Source: Dimargaris cristalligena
Lineage: Eukaryota
DNA: 52,858 nucleotides
Assembly: GCA_003614675.1 (NCBI GenBank)
Contig: ML002269.1
Span: 1 to 52,858, forward strand
Reading direction: 5' to 3'
A model generated the notes under the pieces. The model made no database searches and was not told the origin of the DNA. It saw only the letters and a list, made by a program, of their open reading frames with translations. The stretch's first letter is position 1, and each line of letters starts with the position of its first letter. Of the stretch, positions 11,794 through 20,747 are shown piece after piece. The translations under genes and the position numbers were made by a program.

Positions 11794-13336
11794 TTAAAGC
11801 CACCCGTTAATACGGAAACTGGCCCTATGTAGCGTGGATATCACATGGGAGCCCGGCCTACATTTGCTGCTGCTGGCGGGCCGAAAATGTCTCTCCCCCC
11901 TTCTCGTCAATGAACACTGTGCAGGTCTTTGGCGATGCATTCCATGGAATAGCCGGATAGCGGACCTTTCCCGTATATTTAGCCAAAGAGTCCAACTATT
12001 GTGGTGACATGGTAGTATTATAGCGTTGGATATTGGCATTCGCCTGGCTCAAAGCCGAACACCTAGTAAAGGACTATCATCATCGATTGAGAAAAGGGGC
12101 CTTACGCAGATCCGGCATTAAAGTAGGTGGCGAATCCTTCACCTTTAAGTTTATATGACCGGCTCCCCGTATCCGAATGGACGGGGGGGGGTACTACGGC
12201 AGTTAGCACGGCAGTTTTACTCTTTATTCTCTCTCTCCTTTTACTTTACGAATGGCTGGCCCATCATTATCTTATTCATCAATGAATCTATGACTAAGGG
12301 GAGGGCGGGTCACATGAGGGACCCCCTCTCTCAGCTTCCTCTCCCCCCTTTGATGTCATCGCTCCCCACGTCGGAAGGAGATGCGGATTAGCCCAACGAA
12401 CCAATCGGGGTGGTGAAGGGAGAGGCCAAAATCATTTTAGAAGAGGGGTAGAGGAGTGCGGTACAAAGTGGGGTGTCGAGGGGCTTTGATAAGGGAAAAG
12501 GTGGGCCGCCGAAATCAAGGCCTGGAGTATCGCATAGCAGGCGTGACGGGGTGAAATGCCACCAGCCGTACATTATTAATTCATGCCTTGGCAATATAGA
12601 AAGTCCTAGGGAGGGACGATAGTGTGTGGGTGAGTGAGTGAGTTGGGTGCCCTCCAAGGCCTTCTTACTTGAGTCATGGGATCTACTACCATTACCAACG
12701 GACAATCTAATATCCGAAACACACAGTCTCTCTCCACAGGGTTCCTGATAGGGGAGGCGCTCTGTTTTACTCTGGCTTCCAGTCGGATTGCTTGAAGACC
12801 ATCTTTAACAATATATATATTTATATATTGTATAATACCGCTTTATATGGCTCGGCACCAGATATCGGGGGAGGTGGCTGTGGGAGGATCCGAGCGTATA
12901 GTCTCTATGGTTGTGTGGATGGACCAGTCCTTGAGGGGAGGGTCAGGCCTCCCAGGGGCGTTAGGGCTGCCAATTTGGACTGTACATCTGCCATGACTAT
13001 AGCGGATGGCGATTATGAACCACCCATTCACTAGTGTGGAGAGAGAGATGGAAGGAGGAGACGTCGGTCAGGCCCGCCGTGGTTTTCCGCTGTGCAGACC
13101 ATGGTGTGTATAGTAGTAATAGTATAGGCTTTATTCAAGACTGCCCAGGTATACGAAGAGGAAAAGTATATTGGTCAGCACCCAAAGGGTATTTCAGTAG
13201 AGCAACCCTGTTCTTTCTCTTCCATCCACCTCATCCTTTTTGTACGCTTTATTTCGTTAGTTCTATTTTGCTTGGTAGTTGAGTCCATTGTCGCTAGTTA
13301 CACTATCCCTGTTTGCTGGTTCGGGTGTGATATATA

Positions 13337-13359
13337 ATATATATATATATATATATATA
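13337..13359. repeat. (AT)n microsatellite upstream of the VNX1-like gene
   Basis: About 11 AT units, ~230 bp upstream of ATG 13586. Confidence 0.85.
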
Positions 13360-13585
13360 CTATCCACCTTAATTTTATCGACTTCTTACTGGTCCATTTG
13401 GCTCTTGGGTTGGTACTGTGCTAGTTCCGCTCCCACCGTCGATTGACCGTGTGCCTTTGGCTCATGAGCCCCTAGGCGTTATTGCAAAAAAGTCTTCTGG
13501 CCTACCAGTCGCCAAGCCGATTAGCGCTCTTTATTCATTATATTCACACACACATATACATACACATACAACCTTCTAGTCAGCC

Positions 13586-16500
13586 ATGCCGGGCTCTCGC
13601 TCATCCAACACTCCCCGGAAAGACGTGCGCCGCCGAAACAACCGGTCCCGCAATAGTCGCCGGTACTCCCAGCGCAGTCTACGCCACCAGCGGACCGAGT
13701 CGGGCGAGGACCTCTCGGACGACGGTGCCGGTGGTCCAGGCCACTACATGTCCGACTCCTCGGTTGGCCAAGGCACCAACTACGACCAACGCAGCACCCG
13801 TAGCGCCGGTGACGCCCCACCCGTGCCCCGCAGCCGCAACTCCCGGGCTAACCTCCAGTCCCCCGTACGGGATTCCAACCACCGTGAAGGCAACGGTGAC
13901 AATGAAGACGACGACGAGGAGGACGCGGACAGTATCCTGGATGACCCCGATGCTACCCTCAAGGAACGCCAGGAGGCCATGAATATCAGTCACCCGTTCG
14001 GTCTCCCGCTATGGAAACCCGCTCTATACAAGAAGTCCCGGTCCATCACGCGTTTCGCCAACCGGGCCCTCCACGTCGTGCCCAAATCCTCGTCCGATTT
14101 GTTTCTGCAACCCGGTAATATTCTTTGGGTGCTGGTTTTCGGTTGGTGGCTGAGTGTGGTGGTCGCCGTGGCGGGAGTGGTACTGTACTGTGTACCGACC
14201 GATGGGCATCGCTTTGGCCGGGTACTGATGGGTCTGTCGTATTATTTGCTATGGCCCTTTGGGCGTCCGGTTGAACGGGTGAACCCCATGGGTTGGACGG
14301 CCCCACCTCCGGCAGATCCCGCAACTATAACCACCACGAACACCGATTTGGAGGCGGCCCTCGACATGTACGACGGCGACGACGACGACTACGACAATGA
14401 TAATAATGACCAAGAAACCCGGCCCCTACTCTCTTCGGTCGATGATTTAGGCCGCCCGGCCGCCTCCGTGCGCCGTAACACCACCTCTTCCGAGCGTCTT
14501 CCGGCCAGCGCCGGTAAATTCGCCTTTTATACGGTGTATTTCCTCCTAATCGCCCCCCTCCTTTTGATCGTATCGGGCATCTGCTGGTTCTGCGTAGTCA
14601 CTATCCCAATGGCCCGCCTCAGTTACAAATTAGCCAAGTATCTGCGGCGTGCCCCCCTCCAATTACGGTTCCGGAGGGAAACCCCTCCCCCGTCCACCAC
14701 TGCACCAACCGCGGCGGGGGATACTTGTACGCTGGACCACGTTCATAGCCACGCTCCCCTGCCGGCCTCGAGCTCGGGCAAGCCGGCCAATACTATATTG
14801 CTGTGTGTTCATGAAGCGACGGGCTTCCAGTACTATAAATATACCATCGATGGCGTGAATATTATCTTTATCAACCTCCTCTTTGTGGTGGTTTTTGTGC
14901 TGGTCGACGCCCACTTCATCGGTCCCTGGACCAACCACAGTACATTCCTCAGTAACGAGGGTCTGATCTTCAACCTCAGTCTTCTCTCCACGATCCCGCT
15001 GTCGTATTTCATCGGACAGGCGGTATCCTCCATCAGTGCCCAGTCGTCCCTAGGCCTAGGCGCCGTGATCAACGCTACTTTCGGCAGTATCATTGAAGTA
15101 ATCCTTAGTATGATGGCCATTATCCAGGGTAAGTCGGTCCTGATTGAAGGCGCCCTGATCGGCAGTTTCCTGGCCGGGCTCCTTCTGATGCCGGGTATGA
15201 GCATGGTCGCCGGTGGTCTGAAACAGAAGGAGCAGCGCTTTAACGTGCGCAGTACGGGGGTGTCCTCAACCCTGCTGATCATGTCCATCATTGGTGCGTT
15301 TGCCCCCACGCTATTCTACCAAGTCTACGGGACGTACGAGCTGTCTTGCACGTCCTGTCCGTCGTCGGCCGCAGTGTTCGGCAGCGACATCGACGATGGC
15401 TTTAAACCTCCCAAAGGCGGGCATTCCCAGATGCCGTGGCAGTGCTCGGGCTGCAGCTACCGCCAGGGCCACCCCGTCCACGACCCCTTCTTCCACTCCC
15501 ATGCCAAGCCGTTCATGTACTTTTGCGCGGCCATTCTACCCACCGCTTACTTGGTCGGTCTGTGGTTCACCTTGCGTACCCACGTCAAACATATTTATTC
15601 ACAGCCCCACCCGGAAGGCTCCCGGGAATCCCGGTTCCTGAATCGGGCCCTGAATCTCCATATCCTGCAGCAACTCTTTACTAGCCACCGGGGCAGTAAG
15701 GACAATCTCCACCAAATCCCCGAGGGCGCCGAGGGGTCGGGTCCGGTGGCTACTACTTCGGTTGGGGACGCAGTGACCGGATCCCCCCACCCGCACGGTA
15801 AGGACCCGGAGCATTATAGTCCGAGTCTCGGCGGTGGTCCGAGCCACCATGACCGGGGTAGCTTTCATCAGAGTATCAGTCCAGCCATGCTTCCCCACTC
15901 GTCGCCAGCCATTTTACCCAAGTCCCCCGAGACCTTCATCCCTCTCGATAACCATGATACCATGAACACCATGGCCGAACCTGGCACTGATGAACACCAG
16001 TCGCCCCATATTTACCCGCATAACGCTGGTTCGTATGGTCACTCGCTAATCCAGGCCGCCAATGTCGCCTCCCACCCCTCGCTAACTACGGGGGCGCATG
16101 ACCGCTTTTTCGCCGCCGCAGTGGCCGCTGCCAAACACCAACACCACCAACAGCAACAGCAACAGCAGAACCCCGAAGGGGCGCCGGGCCAACCTTCCGC
16201 CGCTCATCCCTACCGCATCTCCGATCTCGAAGCTACGGATGACGAAGGGGACGGCGGCGGCCACGGGGGAGGTGGTCACGACTCGCCCAATTGGAGCAAA
16301 ACCAAGAGTGCCGCGGTCCTCGTGGGCTGCACCCTCCTCTTCTCGGCCATTGCCGAAATTCTGGTCGACTGCGCGGATTCCGTCATTGAAGCCCTCCACA
16401 TTGACCAGAAGTTCCTCGGCCTCACTTTATTCGCGCTGGCGCCCAACGTCCCGGAAATCACCAACGCCATCGCCTTTGCGTACCAGAAGAATATTTCCCT

Positions 16501-17029
16501 GGCCCTCGAAATCTGCTCGGCCTACACGGTCCAGGTATCGCTCCTGCAGATCCCTGTCCTGGTGTTGTTTTCGGCTCTGTGGAATGGCGGTTTACCGCAT
16601 ACCACCGCTATCGTCGGGGGTGCGGGTGTAGGTGGTTTGTCGGCCGGTAGCGGGGCGACAGTATACGCGGCCGGACGCGGGACCCAGTCCCTGCTGTGGC
16701 GGACGGCGATGTCCGGCGTGGAATGGTTGTTCGGGTCCGCTCCGGCCCAGATGGTCTCCCCCGGCTTTCTGGGCGCCTCGTCCCCCAGTTCAATTGCCGC
16801 CACCCTGGGCAGCAAAGGACCGGCCATTCCCAATGTGGGCAATTTGTTTACCCTGATTTTCCCCCCCTGGGACTTGATTGCCGTCCTCTTTTCCATCTAC
16901 CTCATTACCTATACTTACATTGAGGGCAAATCGAATTATTTCAAAGGGGCTATCCTGGTATTGAGTTACTCGGTTTGGTTGTTTTCCTTCTTTTTCGAGC
17001 CCGATACCGCGGCTAACTACCATTTGTAA
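13586..17029 (+). CDS. VNX1: VNX1-like (type II CAX) vacuolar cation/H+ antiporter with N-terminal YccF/DUF307 domain, 1147 aa
   Basis: 'LKERQEAMNISHPFGLPLWKPALYKKSRS', YccF-like 'GNILWVLVFGWWL...YYLLWPFGR', 'YYKYTIDGVNIIFINL', alpha-repeat regions 'INATFGSIIEV' and 'LAPNVPEITNAI', C-terminal 'EGKSNYFKGAIL'. Confidence 0.93.
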   Translation: MPGSRSSNTPRKDVRRRNNRSRNSRRYSQRSLRHQRTESGEDLSDDGAGGPGHYMSDSSVGQGTNYDQRSTRSAGDAPPVPRSRNSRANLQSPVRDSNHREGNGDNEDDDEEDADSILDDPDATLKERQEAMNISHPFGLPLWKPALYKKSRSITRFANRALHVVPKSSSDLFLQPGNILWVLVFGWWLSVVVAVAGVVLYCVPTDGHRFGRVLMGLSYYLLWPFGRPVERVNPMGWTAPPPADPATITTTNTDLEAALDMYDGDDDDYDNDNNDQETRPLLSSVDDLGRPAASVRRNTTSSERLPASAGKFAFYTVYFLLIAPLLLIVSGICWFCVVTIPMARLSYKLAKYLRRAPLQLRFRRETPPPSTTAPTAAGDTCTLDHVHSHAPLPASSSGKPANTILLCVHEATGFQYYKYTIDGVNIIFINLLFVVVFVLVDAHFIGPWTNHSTFLSNEGLIFNLSLLSTIPLSYFIGQAVSSISAQSSLGLGAVINATFGSIIEVILSMMAIIQGKSVLIEGALIGSFLAGLLLMPGMSMVAGGLKQKEQRFNVRSTGVSSTLLIMSIIGAFAPTLFYQVYGTYELSCTSCPSSAAVFGSDIDDGFKPPKGGHSQMPWQCSGCSYRQGHPVHDPFFHSHAKPFMYFCAAILPTAYLVGLWFTLRTHVKHIYSQPHPEGSRESRFLNRALNLHILQQLFTSHRGSKDNLHQIPEGAEGSGPVATTSVGDAVTGSPHPHGKDPEHYSPSLGGGPSHHDRGSFHQSISPAMLPHSSPAILPKSPETFIPLDNHDTMNTMAEPGTDEHQSPHIYPHNAGSYGHSLIQAANVASHPSLTTGAHDRFFAAAVAAAKHQHHQQQQQQQNPEGAPGQPSAAHPYRISDLEATDDEGDGGGHGGGGHDSPNWSKTKSAAVLVGCTLLFSAIAEILVDCADSVIEALHIDQKFLGLTLFALAPNVPEITNAIAFAYQKNISLALEICSAYTVQVSLLQIPVLVLFSALWNGGLPHTTAIVGGAGVGGLSAGSGATVYAAGRGTQSLLWRTAMSGVEWLFGSAPAQMVSPGFLGASSPSSIAATLGSKGPAIPNVGNLFTLIFPPWDLIAVLFSIYLITYTYIEGKSNYFKGAILVLSYSVWLFSFFFEPDTAANYHL

Positions 17030-17820
17030 TCCAGGCCGTTGGCCCTTATTTTCTTCATTCTATTTTTTTTGGCCACTTCTCCTCTCCTCTTCGTCACCCC
17101 CCTCCGCTTCCTTTTTGCTCTGCTCTGTACGCCCCTTTACCAACCCATTTACTATTATATTAATATTTATTATTTATATATTATGCGGTTCCCCTTTCTC
17201 CCATTGTTCTGGGTACTTATATTTTTTTTTCACCGACAAACTTGTCAATCGGAATAAATAAATATCCTGGTTTTTGAATAATATGGCTGCCTGGGTCTTC
17301 CAAGAAACGGGATTGGGCATAGTGTAGTTGTTACTTGATTTGTTGATATTTATAACTTAAACCCTCGATGTCTCTGGCGTGAGCAGTTTATATTATTAAT
17401 ATCGGGCAAAACCCTCCTACCCCGCCTTCGTGACTCGGTATTGTTGCCGAAGGCCAACATTCTTTAGATTGAGTCGATTTATACGGGGCTAAGGTTCAGC
17501 GCATGGAATGAATCCGAAGACTGCGTGCATCGTAAACAAATGGTAGACTGTCACATATATCGGGTTATTATGGCGGCCTTTAATAAAATCATTGAGTAAT
17601 AGGGATAAGTCGTCAGTCATCAAGGTATCATTATGATAATATAATAGACAAAAACAAAGTAACGGGTGGATTTATTAAGAAAGGCTATACTAATGAGGGT
17701 TATCACTTAAAAGCGATCAATGAAGTTGAAAAAATAATAGTCATATCAAGTCGAATAACATTCGAATAAGTGGAAAAGCCCACTATGATCAGTCAGTCAT
17801 ACCGACGGGTCCTATGAAAC

Positions 17821-18204
17821 CTAACCGATTGTCGGGCGCTTAATAGTAAACTGGGGAGACATCCAGGCGACTTGATCGGGTGAACTGACCGTTGGCGCCC
17901 CAAACGGTTTCAGAAAGAAAATTTTCACGTGGTATTGACCATCCTTTAAATCGCGGAATAAGAGCGGGTCCCCTTTGAGGTAATACTTGCCGGCCCAGGA
18001 GAATGGGTAGGCAATGGACGGATCGGAACCCATGTTGCGGACCATGTACTGTAAGTCACCGTAGTAGACGGTACAAATGATATGGTCCGGGCGCGTGGCT
18101 TCGACTACTTTGATTTGGATGCGCCGGGTGGGGTGGATTAAACGGAACCGGAACTGGGGGATGTCCGTACCGACCATGGAGTACACGTAGGGGGCGAGGA
18201 ATCC
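17821..18204 (-). pseudogene. Orphaned in-frame C-terminal domain (127 codons) of subtilase A, downstream of a premature TAA
   Basis: Same frame as 20583-18205. Reads GFLAPYVYSMVGTDIPQFRFRLIHPTRRIQIKV...FLKPFG...WMSPQFTIKRP and aligns with the C-terminus of subtilase B (YTYSLTGTDYPRFRYRMEHPTRRIQIKI...FLKPFG...WTTPKITINRP). Confidence 0.85.
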
Positions 18205-20583
18205 TTATTGGGTGGAGGAGGATTGGTATTGCCCGGTGGTGGGGTTAAGCAGGCCCAGGCTCGATGGACTCAGGAGCGGGATCTCGCTATAATTGCCCTT
18301 GAGTCCCAAATACGGTACCGCATACCGGATGGGTTGACCGTGGAGGCCCAGCTCACTGGATAGGGCCGTCACGAACCCACTGTAGACCCAGAATTGCGAG
18401 TCGCTGAGCCCCGTCGGTTGGGTAACGACGACGACGATTTTGGCCGTCTCTTTCGGTGCAATGGTGAGGGCCTTTCGGGTGAAGGTCAGCGTAGCGGCGG
18501 CGTTGGTCGCATTATTGTGAACCGGCCTAGGCAGGAAGACGCCCGCGCTATTGTACGCAGAGACACTGGGCACAACCCTGTGGCCCAGCTGCAGTGTAAT
18601 GGGCTGGGTAGCGGTATTGGTGAAATAAAGGTACATATTCCGACTATTATCATTGAATCGGCCCTTCACCGTATCATTTAGCCCGAAACTCGAGGTGTTG
18701 GTTCGGATCATGCCCGCCAGGGCATTATATATTAGAGCTTCCCCACCACCCTGTTGGGCTGCCGATCCCACCGGTAGGTTGTCAAAGATGCTACTTCCCG
18801 CCGGCGAACCGGTGAACCGCAGTCGATTGCGAATATCGGCCGCTTTGTGATTATGATTCGATTGCTCAATCAGGAGAGCGGCGGCACCGGCAATGTAAGG
18901 GCTGGATGAGGAAGTTCCCGATTTCGAGGTGTATGAGCCCATTTTGACCGGGTACGATGAGTACACCATGGAGCCCGCGCTAGCCAGATCCGGCTTGAGT
19001 TCCAGTTCGTTCCCAGGACCCCAAGAACTGGACATCGATACCCGGTGCGGGGTAGAGTAGGGTAATACCTGGGACTTCAGGTTGGACGTCATTTTCAAGG
19101 GAGTGGCTGAACCGGCCTTGAGCAGTTCAATTAAATATTTTCCGTCGGAAGCCGTTACAGCCACCACGGGTAAGTCAGCCGGGGAAGATAAAGACATGAA
19201 AACATCCAGTAGATCAAATATGTTAACACTAATCAACCCCACCGCCCCGGCTTTGAGTGCGTTGGTCGCTTGGACCGAAGTATCGCAAGGCCCCAAATTC
19301 AAAACAAGCACGGATCCATTATACCGGCGATTAAAAGGTTGACAGCCCCAATGGGTGCTACCTGTGGAATCAGTCCCCAATTCCAATGGCGTATCCGTAA
19401 ACACAAAGGGGCGCGTCGCCGTATGAGATGCGGTGCGTGGAATCCGCCGGGTCCGGTTGTTGCTCACGGTGATATACTCCGCGTGGTATTCTTCCGGGGT
19501 AATTGAAGCCACCGAAATAACGCCGAGTCCCGCAGCAGGACTGCTCAAGGCCCATAGATTATCATTCCCTAAATTTCCCGCGGCCGCCACCACCACGATA
19601 TTCTTGGCTACCAGGCGACTAGCCATGACCGCTTCAGCCGATTCCTGCCACATACCCGCGATGGAATACGATATGTTGATCACCTCCATACCGTCTTTGT
19701 ACGCCTGCTGTAAGGCCATGAGGATAATAGCCGAAGAAGATCGCCCTTGCGAAGCACAGGAGGAAATCTTGTAGACGCCCAAAGTGGCCTCGGGAGCTAC
19801 CCCCTGAAATACACCATCGTTTCCAGCTATAATGCCGGCGACGTGGGTTCCGTGACCGTTACAATCGTCGTGGGGCTTGCTGCCGGGTTGAATCAAGTAA
19901 TTTTCGGGGGTAAAGTTTGGACCGACGAGGTCCATGCCATAGGCCACTCGACAACCTGGAGTTTTGAAGCACTGGCCGAAGGCGGGGTGGTTAAAGTCCA
20001 GGCCCGAGTCAATTATACCGATTTTGACCCCCTTGTCCCGTAATTTAAGCTTGGCGTGCGCTTGATCGACCCCAACCTGTTGGTGATAGAGCAAAGGAAG
20101 GGGTGGGTTGGTGGGGAGGGGTGACGAGGGTAGCGAAGTGGATCCCGAAGTGAACTGCCGTTTCTTCAGCTCTTGGGAGGGTTCGGACGAGTCCGGCAAT
20201 TCCGAATTAGTGTACGGGTTAAAGTTCGACGGGCGGTAGTCCGCGGGATACAAATGAAGATTGGGCCATACCGAATCCACCATGGAGAATTCCGCCACTT
20301 CGTGAGCGGTCGCTTCGTTCATGGATAGAACGACGCCGTTGAACACAGTGAGATAGTCGGTCTGAATGGAATAGGCGGTCCCTAATTTCGCTATACTCTT
20401 GATAAAATCGACGGTCGATGTGGTTTCCTTCGTGAACTGCAAGATATACGAGTTGGTAATGATTTTGACCTGTCCCGAATTTAACAGGTCCGTCGGTGGA
20501 TTAATGAGTTGGGCGACCGTCAACTGGGGACTGACGGCGGCCCAAACTAAGGCCAGCAGAGTGAAGAGATGAGGGGCCCGCAT
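18205..20583 (-). CDS. Secreted S8 subtilisin-like serine protease A (signal peptide, I9 prodomain, catalytic domain with PA insert, Fn3-like domain); truncated by an in-frame TAA
   Basis: Signal peptide MRAPHLFTLLALVWAAVSPQLTVA; triad motifs IGIIDSG / HGTHVAG / SGTSSSSPY; oxyanion AAAGN; 'SSWGP..EL.LKPDL'; 'VYSGFV...YAVPYLG'. Confidence 0.92.
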   Translation of the reverse strand: MRAPHLFTLLALVWAAVSPQLTVAQLINPPTDLLNSGQVKIITNSYILQFTKETTSTVDFIKSIAKLGTAYSIQTDYLTVFNGVVLSMNEATAHEVAEFSMVDSVWPNLHLYPADYRPSNFNPYTNSELPDSSEPSQELKKRQFTSGSTSLPSSPLPTNPPLPLLYHQQVGVDQAHAKLKLRDKGVKIGIIDSGLDFNHPAFGQCFKTPGCRVAYGMDLVGPNFTPENYLIQPGSKPHDDCNGHGTHVAGIIAGNDGVFQGVAPEATLGVYKISSCASQGRSSSAIILMALQQAYKDGMEVINISYSIAGMWQESAEAVMASRLVAKNIVVVAAAGNLGNDNLWALSSPAAGLGVISVASITPEEYHAEYITVSNNRTRRIPRTASHTATRPFVFTDTPLELGTDSTGSTHWGCQPFNRRYNGSVLVLNLGPCDTSVQATNALKAGAVGLISVNIFDLLDVFMSLSSPADLPVVAVTASDGKYLIELLKAGSATPLKMTSNLKSQVLPYSTPHRVSMSSSWGPGNELELKPDLASAGSMVYSSYPVKMGSYTSKSGTSSSSPYIAGAAALLIEQSNHNHKAADIRNRLRFTGSPAGSSIFDNLPVGSAAQQGGGEALIYNALAGMIRTNTSSFGLNDTVKGRFNDNSRNMYLYFTNTATQPITLQLGHRVVPSVSAYNSAGVFLPRPVHNNATNAAATLTFTRKALTIAPKETAKIVVVVTQPTGLSDSQFWVYSGFVTALSSELGLHGQPIRYAVPYLGLKGNYSEIPLLSPSSLGLLNPTTGQYQSSSTQ

Positions 20584-20737
20584 GGCAACACAATGAGACA
20601 GGATACTGCGATGAAATGCCGATCAGAGGAACTTTCACTCCAGTTATACTAATAAAGTAGGTCGTTAAGAAATGCCATGAAAATAGTATTCAGTGGTCGT
20701 ATAGGTGATATGAGAGAATGCAGGTGGCCGCTATTCC

Positions 20738-20747
20738 TTTTATATAG
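20738..20747 (-). promoter_or_regulatory. Putative TATA box of subtilase A
   Basis: Minus-strand CTATATAAAA ~155 bp upstream of the ATG; the paralog has TATAAA at a similar distance. Confidence 0.5.

Noticed and set aside
18205-18207. TAA reassigned to Gln (alternative genetic code)
   Set aside because: TAA is the genuine terminator of the CBS, MIX23, CDC23, CSC1, VNX1, APE2 and CHS3 genes in this window.
18203-18270. Intron removing the subtilase A stop codon
   Set aside because: The nearest donor (GTCCAT) is non-consensus, and the segment it would remove (LLNPTTGQ) aligns with coding sequence of the paralog (MLNITTGQ).
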